DNA of 64,000 nucleotides from assembly GCA_964507055.1 (NCBI GenBank), contig CAZDOJ010000001.1, forward strand, positions 1,041,313 to 1,105,312. Reading direction: 5' to 3'. Made by a program: the position numbers and the translations under genes. This document shows positions 58,112 through 64,000 of this stretch, piece by piece (within the stretch, counting starts at the first letter, position 1; each line of letters starts with the position of its first letter). Below the pieces are notes generated by a model. That model had not been told where the DNA came from and made no database searches. It saw only the letters and a program-made list of their open reading frames with translations. Source of the stretch: an uncultured Gammaproteobacteria bacterium. Its GTDB lineage: Bacteria > Patescibacteriota > Microgenomatia > Levybacterales > UBA12049.

Positions 58112-58468
58112 TTATTCATTTATTTAGTGAATGGGAGCTGTAAATACGGTAAAGAATGAACCAAATATATTTTTGAATTGTTTTTCGATAAATGCTATCA
58201 TACTGCCTATAATCCTCCTTTCTGTAAGATATTTTCTCTTTAAAATAAGAGGTTATCTGTCATTACTGATCGTTAGTCCTTACGGGTCGATCCAGAATGG
58301 CTCTTATAGACAACCTCTAATTTCTTTATTAAACATCTCTTTTATTAATTTAATCTTAAGTCATGAAGCTAAGAATAAAACCAAAATTGCGTAAGGAAAG
58401 AGTAAAGGTAAATTGTACTGTAAACAAGAGCTTGCTGAGCTGAAGAGGAGACTATATAATAGTCGGCA

Positions 58469-59221
58469 ATGAAAGAACGTCCACGTATACTCGTAACACT
58501 CAACCCTGCAGGATCTCTTGAACATGCAATTAATATAAGTCCGAGTATTAGAAAGCTTCGCGAAACTGGAAACGAGGCAGTTATTACAACTGTAGATGAT
58601 AGCCCACATGAACGTGCGATAAAATACCGATCAACAAGCGGATTATTATTACCTGGAGGTATTGATATTCATCCTTCTTCGTATGGACAATTACCTCATG
58701 CAAAATTAGGAACAACAAATCTTGCTTTTGATGAATTTCAGTTTGGTATTGTCAATCAAGCATTGGAAGACGAAAAGCCAACTTTAGCACTATGCAGAGG
58801 TGCTCAAGTACTTGCAGTCGCAACAGAGGGCAGCCTCTATCAACATATTCCCGATATTCCAAGTATCTCAGAAGATCATGGCCCCTCAATTGAAGTTGCT
58901 GGACAATCGAGTACACACGATATCTTTATAACACCAGAAACAAAGGTCCATAAGATATTTGAGACTGATAAATTAAGAAATGTACCCTCCCGTCACCATC
59001 AAGCCATAGCTCATCCAGGAGCTTTTATGATCTCGGGTGAATCTCCTGCAGGAATTGTCGAGATGATTGAACATCCGAGTTTACCATTTGTTATTGGTAT
59101 ACAACCCCACGCAGAGTTAATAGGACCTTCCGATCATAATTTCCAGAGAATACAGGGCCTATTTGAAAGATTTCATGAAGAAGCAAAAGAGTATAAACAA
59201 ACAGATCGAAAAGTATCATAA
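58469..59221 (+). CDS. peptidase C26 / PuuD-like gamma-glutamyl amidohydrolase (class I glutamine amidotransferase-like)
   Basis: LPGGIDIHPSSYG (GGxDxxPxxYG), Cys nucleophile motif ALCRGAQVLAVA, His motif IGIQPHAE. Confidence 0.75.
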   Translation: MKERPRILVTLNPAGSLEHAINISPSIRKLRETGNEAVITTVDDSPHERAIKYRSTSGLLLPGGIDIHPSSYGQLPHAKLGTTNLAFDEFQFGIVNQALEDEKPTLALCRGAQVLAVATEGSLYQHIPDIPSISEDHGPSIEVAGQSSTHDIFITPETKVHKIFETDKLRNVPSRHHQAIAHPGAFMISGESPAGIVEMIEHPSLPFVIGIQPHAELIGPSDHNFQRIQGLFERFHEEAKEYKQTDRKVS

Positions 59222-59456
59222 CACCTTTACTCATCCATAAGCCTATGTTATAATAAAATTATCACAGAGGTTGATTTATCAATCTTTGGACTTTAAAAAC
59301 TCTATAAACCAAATCGACGGACACCTCACCCTCATGCGACTCTACATGACGGATTTATACTCTATTAAGAGCTAATAACGCCCGCCACACACATTTTTTC
59401 ATACCTTTTATTAAGGCAATTTATTGTTGTGGAATCATTTGGTTGGAAGGAATTCT

Positions 59457-62400
59457 ATGACTGAACACAAACTGAGACATTACGAACAAAAAGGCAAAGG
59501 CCATAAAGACATGGGCGGAGAAACAGAATCTCCAGCAAAACTTCTTGCACCTTATGATACGCCTTCATTTGATCCTCTCAAACAAGGCGGGCTTCTTACA
59601 GCTGATGCATCAACAGAAGCGTATGTACGTCCTTCATATTTTAGACGAAATCCTGAAGGACTTACGAAAAATGATGTAAAAGGTATCTATTTAGATAACA
59701 AACCACCAGAAAAATTAGGATTTGAACACACTGATTCTGGACTTGAGGGAGAGTATTTTATCTTTGATGATCAAGGTGAAATGGTTTCAGCAATGAATCC
59801 AGGCGATCCTTTTAGAACAGCACTTGAACGGTTCAATGAAAACGCCCGACAAATTAACGATGAAGAGATTGGATATACGGTAGAGATGTCTTCTAATTGT
59901 GTAGAACTTACCTTTGATCATGGCACAGATATCGATCAAAGAAACCGAAATTATCTTGGTACACTAAAATCTCTTATTACAATTGCTGATGAGACTGGAG
60001 TCAATATTGCTCCAATTGCAAATATCCCCCATAGACGACTGCAGCCAGAAGAAATAACTGACGATCCTTATACACAAAAAATAACTTTCGACGTTCAAGG
60101 TTGGGATGCTGCTCAACATTTTGATATAGCATCAATTCAACCTCATGTCGAAGTACTTGACCATAAAGCCGCTCGAAAAGCAATTAATCATCTCCAACAC
60201 GTGTCACCTATCCTTTTAGGTGGTACACTTTCTGGCCCATTTATGGATGGGATGTTGCAACCTAATCCGGAAGAAAGATATGCCGATGCACCAGGAGTTG
60301 ACGGAGATTCATGGAAAGAAGCTACTATTGAAAATCTTGAGCAAGGAGAACATCAATCATATCGCCCGAAAGGTCGATTTTTTGGTTCCCCTTCTGGGGG
60401 TGTTTTACGCCAACCAATTCCTGAAGAAGAAAACGAATTCTTAGCATCTATTGGAGCAAAGCTTGAGAATGGTGAGGTACCTACAGCAGGACGTGAAGGT
60501 GGACATCACACTGATAGATATCGAGTTGATATACCTCCTTATGGAACTTTGGAATTATGTACATTAGATCCTGCTGGAGGTAAAACAGAACGAGTGATCG
60601 CGATGCGAGAATTTGTACGCGGACTTGGATGGAAAATGCAAATGCATTTGATTAACGGGGACTTCCCTGAAGTTCAGGAAAGATATCCCGCATTATTTGG
60701 ACAAGAACCTTCTGAAGCCTCTTTTGAGATAGCACATCATAATACAATGCGTGTTGCCAAACATGGAGCGGATGCGAATTTGGAGGGTATGGATGGAAAA
60801 GAATACACTACTCGAGAACTTTGGAAACAACTACGAGACTTCGTACAAGAGCCGCTTATAGATGAAGAAAAACAAATTGTATATCAGGGACTTCCCCCTG
60901 GAATTATTAAAGAAGTGAGCAGAGCATTTATTGATCCAGATAAAACTATGGACAAATTTAGAGATGCAGATGGGATAACATCAGTAAGCGGGTTTTATGA
61001 AACTGGTATCGGAAATATTAGTCAATGGATGTTGCAAGGAGCAAAAGATAGGATAGCAGTTGGTATGAAAGAGCAAGAAGCAGTAATGGCCGTTACCGTA
61101 GATGTTGCAAGATCATTCCATGAACATATAAAAACAACGACTGTTGCGGATATTCAGGAACTATACAGACCAAAAAGTGAAGCGTTTGAAGTGAAAGCAT
61201 TAAGCCAAGATGCTGCCAAAACATATTGGAATAATCTTATCTCAGAAAATCTTGTCTCCCGTCCAGATAATAAATCACCTTGGCCACAACTTGGCCATCC
61301 GGTTGAATTACCTCAATCATTTGTAAATCAACTGATGCAAGGAGCAGAGACAACGCATCAAATAATTTTAGATAAAATTAAAGAAGCTGGCGGCGTGACA
61401 GAATGGATGCAAGGAAATCCAATTACATTTGGAGCACTCGTTTTAAATAATCCAGATATTAATAGCCAACTTGAAGCAAGACTAGACCAAGGGTATGGTG
61501 TATCTCTTATATTTGACAATCTTGTTGCTCGTGATAAGGGAGATATTATGCCTAAGGTTTTGGAGATAAGTACTGCAATGGGATACGAAACAGCAATCGC
61601 TGCTCGGTTACAAGCAGCGGGCTATGATTCGGATAGTCAAGAAACAAGATTTGGCCCTAATTCACCTGCTGAAGTATATCGCGGATTCTCTGAACGATTC
61701 GCAAACGGTGAACCAATAGTAGTTTTAGACACTGAACCATTTGATGCAACGAAACTTGATAAGATCGGTATGCAGAAAATGATGGGAATTCCAGATAGCC
61801 TCCCGATTTCTCCTGCCGACATAATTGGAAAAGATGAAAATGGTTATTATTACCATCCATACAGAATTGATCCAGAAAAACCATTTGATGTACTAAGAGA
61901 TGCAGATGGACTTCCTCAAAAGGATACTTCCCAAAAAGAATATGCAAAGCATGTTTTTGCGAGAATGGCACAATTTGATTTAGATGAACTCTACGAAAAA
62001 GTTAAGGATAATCCAGCAAAGGTTCAACTTGTTGGAGAATTTTTAAACGATAGTTCCGTAAATTGGATCTGGCATCCAACATGGCAACATCTTGGTGATA
62101 AAGCAATGCTTCCTCAAATCCGAGCAGAATTAATTGCTAATGAAAATCCTATTGCGAGGCAATTCGTTCCAGTTTTTGGTGCAGGAGAAACAGTAACTGA
62201 ACCAGGAGTATATTTTGATAAGCCAACAAATGCACAACATGGAGTGGACCAAAGTATACGGGAAATTCATGAAGGAGAAAACGTAATTGTAGAAGATGGC
62301 AGAGTATTACAAGGTGAGATTAAAACACAACCCATACTCACATACTTACCAGGAGAATTGGCATCACATTTACGTTATGCAAAACAACAGAGTTTACAGG

Positions 62401-62678
62401 AAAGAGATAAAGCTTCCGAAGAAGTTAGAGCGGTAACAGGGACGCTTGAGGTCAGGTTACTTGTACCTCCTTATTGGGAAAGAGATCAGGGAATGACAGG
62501 TCGATACATGACTCGTTATGCACCACGCAGAGAAGGACCTGATAGCAAAGATAAAACTATGACAAACGTAGGAGCAATTAATGAAGCCGTCATCTCGCAT
62601 CTACAGCCAGACCATATAGAGAAACAAATATTCTATCCATACGGAAATGCACCAGCTGTTGTTATTTACGAAGCTTAA
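59457..62678 (+). CDS. large multidomain protein: N-terminal GCS2/YbdK-like carboxylate-amine ligase + ~600-aa uncharacterised C-terminal region
   Basis: N-terminal ~450 aa carry YbdK-family motifs: a VELTFDHG beta-strand (cf. GIELEMQV), PHVEV...AINHLQHVSPILLGGTLSGPFMDG (cf. HVHVG...[27 protein letters not shown]) and GTLELCTLD (cf. GTVEVRVMD). I recognise nothing in the C-terminal half. Start taken as MTEHKL; the track starts at a non-ATG codon at 59424. Confidence 0.55.
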   Translation: MTEHKLRHYEQKGKGHKDMGGETESPAKLLAPYDTPSFDPLKQGGLLTADASTEAYVRPSYFRRNPEGLTKNDVKGIYLDNKPPEKLGFEHTDSGLEGEYFIFDDQGEMVSAMNPGDPFRTALERFNENARQINDEEIGYTVEMSSNCVELTFDHGTDIDQRNRNYLGTLKSLITIADETGVNIAPIANIPHRRLQPEEITDDPYTQKITFDVQGWDAAQHFDIASIQPHVEVLDHKAARKAINHLQHVSPILLGGTLSGPFMDGMLQPNPEERYADAPGVDGDSWKEATIENLEQGEHQSYRPKGRFFGSPSGGVLRQPIPEEENEFLASIGAKLENGEVPTAGREGGHHTDRYRVDIPPYGTLELCTLDPAGGKTERVIAMREFVRGLGWKMQMHLINGDFPEVQERYPALFGQEPSEASFEIAHHNTMRVAKHGADANLEGMDGKEYTTRELWKQLRDFVQEPLIDEEKQIVYQGLPPGIIKEVSRAFIDPDKTMDKFRDADGITSVSGFYETGIGNISQWMLQGAKDRIAVGMKEQEAVMAVTVDVARSFHEHIKTTTVADIQELYRPKSEAFEVKALSQDAAKTYWNNLISENLVSRPDNKSPWPQLGHPVELPQSFVNQLMQGAETTHQIILDKIKEAGGVTEWMQGNPITFGALVLNNPDINSQLEARLDQGYGVSLIFDNLVARDKGDIMPKVLEISTAMGYETAIAARLQAAGYDSDSQETRFGPNSPAEVYRGFSERFANGEPIVVLDTEPFDATKLDKIGMQKMMGIPDSLPISPADIIGKDENGYYYHPYRIDPEKPFDVLRDADGLPQKDTSQKEYAKHVFARMAQFDLDELYEKVKDNPAKVQLVGEFLNDSSVNWIWHPTWQHLGDKAMLPQIRAELIANENPIARQFVPVFGAGETVTEPGVYFDKPTNAQHGVDQSIREIHEGENVIVEDGRVLQGEIKTQPILTYLPGELASHLRYAKQQSLQERDKASEEVRAVTGTLEVRLLVPPYWERDQGMTGRYMTRYAPRREGPDSKDKTMTNVGAINEAVISHLQPDHIEKQIFYPYGNAPAVVIYEA

Positions 62679-62719
62679 CTTGCCATTGTTCCTCTATTTT
62701 CTTATACTGGACTTATCCT

Positions 62720-63505
62720 ATGAATCTCAGCGACTTTCCCCTTTTCTCATCTGACATGATCAAAAACTACATTTATGTAGGTATAACACTGCTTGTAGCG
62801 GTGTTACTTGATAATATTCTTCGCTCCTTAATTAAGGTACCTAAAAGCTTTGACAATCGGCGTTCGAGAAGATTTACAGTTATTACACGCAATATGATCA
62901 CTGCTGTAGTCTATACAATATCTGCATATATCATATTAACTATTTTAGGAATTGATCTAACGCCACTTCTTGCTTCTGCTTCTATTATTGGTATCGTCCT
63001 TGGCATTGGTGCAAGATCAATTATTGAGGATTTTGTAACTGGCTTGTTTCTGCTTTCCCATGATTCTGTTGCTATGGGTGACTACGTAAAGATAGCAGAC
63101 AATATCGAAGGGTACGTCGAAAGAATTGACTCTCGAACCATGACAATTCGCGGACAAGACGGTTCGCTTTATTTAATACCAAATGGTCAGATTAAGGGTA
63201 TTTCAAATTATTCTAGAAATAAAGCAAATATCTTAATTGATTTGCCATTGAAATCAAATCAGGATATTAATAAAACTTTTAAGTGTGCAGAAAACGCATT
63301 GGAACATCTGAAGAAAGACGAAAAGCTTGGAGAATTTGTTCTTAGCGGTTCCGCCGTGAATGGTATAGAAGATTTCCGAAATCCTGAGATCATGATTTTG
63401 AGAGTTACACTGATTACCCAGCCTATCCGTAGATGGGAATTGGGAAGAAAATATCGATATTTAGTTAAGAGGGAGTTTGAAAAAGGTAAGATCACTTTGG
63501 CATAA
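62720..63505 (+). CDS. small-conductance mechanosensitive channel (MscS family)
   Basis: Three N-terminal TM helices, then the MscS beta-domain (IIEDFVTGLFLLSHDSVAMGDYVKIADNIEGYVERIDSRTMTIRGQDGSLYLIPNGQI). Confidence 0.8.
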   Translation: MNLSDFPLFSSDMIKNYIYVGITLLVAVLLDNILRSLIKVPKSFDNRRSRRFTVITRNMITAVVYTISAYIILTILGIDLTPLLASASIIGIVLGIGARSIIEDFVTGLFLLSHDSVAMGDYVKIADNIEGYVERIDSRTMTIRGQDGSLYLIPNGQIKGISNYSRNKANILIDLPLKSNQDINKTFKCAENALEHLKKDEKLGEFVLSGSAVNGIEDFRNPEIMILRVTLITQPIRRWELGRKYRYLVKREFEKGKITLA

Positions 63506-63545
63506 CTCTTGACAGAAAAGTCGCTATCTGCTCTACTAAATATAG

Positions 63546-64000
63546 ATGAAAAAGAAACTGCCCACTAAAGCTTCATCAAAGACTACTCGCCGTGCACCTC
63601 GTAAGGTCTCAGCAGGTGGCGGTCAAACTATAGTCTTCCATCGCATTGTAATCGTCAGTGCTTGCCTTTCCCTTTTTGTTGTCGGAATTATTGCTATGAA
63701 TAGACACGATGTTATGCAGTCCGTTGCAGGAACAAGTATTATGCGTGGAATGTTTGCTGAAGCGACAATTACAATCCCAAATGATCTTAAAAATGCTGAT
63801 TCCTATACTGTCTATTACAAGCAAGCTGATGAGAAAGAATTTACGAATTCAATTCGAAATGTTTCACCATCTGTCGGTACATATACAATTTCTCACCTTA
63901 AGAAAGGGGCATCATACGAGTATAGATTTGCAGCTGTCGATGCTTCAGGAAAAGAATTTATGTTCTCAGAGATCATTCCGCTAACAGACCTCCGACCAAT
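63546..64000 (+). CDS. membrane-anchored FN3-like surface protein, N-terminal fragment (runs off window)
   Basis: Hand translation from the ATG at 63546 gives a basic N-terminus, a TM (IVIVSACLSLFVVGIIAM), then an FN3-like segment (YTVYYKQADEKEF...GASYEYRFAAVDASGKEF). It stays open to the window end. Confidence 0.45.
   Translation, partial: MKKKLPTKASSKTTRRAPRKVSAGGGQTIVFHRIVIVSACLSLFVVGIIAMNRHDVMQSVAGTSIMRGMFAEATITIPNDLKNADSYTVYYKQADEKEFTNSIRNVSPSVGTYTISHLKKGASYEYRFAAVDASGKEFMFSEIIPLTDLRP

Noticed and set aside
58131-58394. 87-aa ORF in the clpB and C26-hydrolase divergent promoter region
   Set aside because: AT-rich and hydrophobic low-complexity, sited where two divergent promoters are expected; no conserved motif.
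1-64000. Alternative genetic code (UGA=Gly, as in some CPR lineages)
   Set aside because: All conserved ribosomal, EF and SecY genes are full-length and end at the expected residues under the standard code, with no in-frame TGA interruptions visible in the ORF track.
1-64000. CRISPR arrays, transposases, integrases, rRNA or tRNA genes
   Set aside because: I saw no spacer-interleaved direct repeats, no DDE/tyrosine-recombinase motifs, no rRNA-like conserved blocks and no convincing tRNA cloverleaf in any intergenic region. A tRNAscan/Infernal run should confirm.

Overview
This window reads as a contiguous genome segment of a low-GC, small-genome bacterium in the standard genetic code. Its ribosomal-protein complement fits a Candidate Phyla Radiation (CPR)/Patescibacteria-type lineage: no L30 gene between rpsE and rplO, a zinc-binding Z-type S14, and Lys/Ala-rich or acidic extensions on L3, L4, L6, L17 and L22.

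The core, all on the minus strand from about 25.8 kb down to 7.3 kb, is a near-complete conserved ribosomal-protein locus in S10/spc/alpha operon order: tuf, rpsJ, rplC-D-W-B, rpsS, rplV, rpsC, rplP, rpmC, rpsQ, rplN-X-E, rpsZ, rpsH, rplF-R, rpsE, rplO, secY, adk, cmk, map, infA, rpmJ, rpsM-K-D, rpoA, rplQ, then rplM-rpsI. I re-derived rpmJ (37 aa, 11373..11486) by hand; it is absent from the ORF track, and several track starts needed trimming (rplQ, rpsM, infA, rplF, rplB).

fusA lies about 7.8 kb from tuf, separated by non-ribosomal genes:
- two tandem paralogous ~770-aa membrane-anchored surface proteins;
- a secreted GH18-like hydrolase;
- an ICMT-family methyltransferase;
- a PIG-L deacetylase;
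- a 650-nt non-coding spacer carrying GCAGGGGAGTC direct repeats.

rpsL and rpsG are not upstream of fusA. Instead a divergent pilN-pilO-(small TM)-FN3 surface-protein locus sits there.

Downstream is a cell-envelope glycan locus: a UGM-like flavoprotein, two GT-C/GT39-like transferases, a GT4 transferase, a HAD-like protein, a DUF2298 'YYY' membrane protein, a Nudix hydrolase and an LCP transferase. Then come tpiA, a UvrD/PcrA helicase, FemAB, a methyltransferase, a zinc-ribbon-fused RNase HI and an N-domain-less ClpB preceded by a CIRCE-like palindrome.

Two loci are the best candidates for undescribed systems:
- At the left end, a compositionally atypical (Ala/Arg/Asp/Glu-rich) pair encodes a 1197-aa coiled-coil protein with a glycine-zipper hydrophobic hairpin and a 560-aa hyper-acidic tail-anchored protein, followed by a beta-helix-repeat membrane protein.
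- At 58.5 to 62.7 kb, a PuuD/peptidase-C26-like gamma-glutamyl amidohydrolase sits next to a 1084-aa protein whose N-terminal half carries YbdK/GCS2-like carboxylate-amine ligase motifs. This looks like an amidoligase/amidohydrolase pair with a ~600-aa domain of unknown function.

I found no CRISPR array, transposase, integrase, rRNA or tRNA. All coordinates derived by hand counting may be off by 1 to 2 nt.
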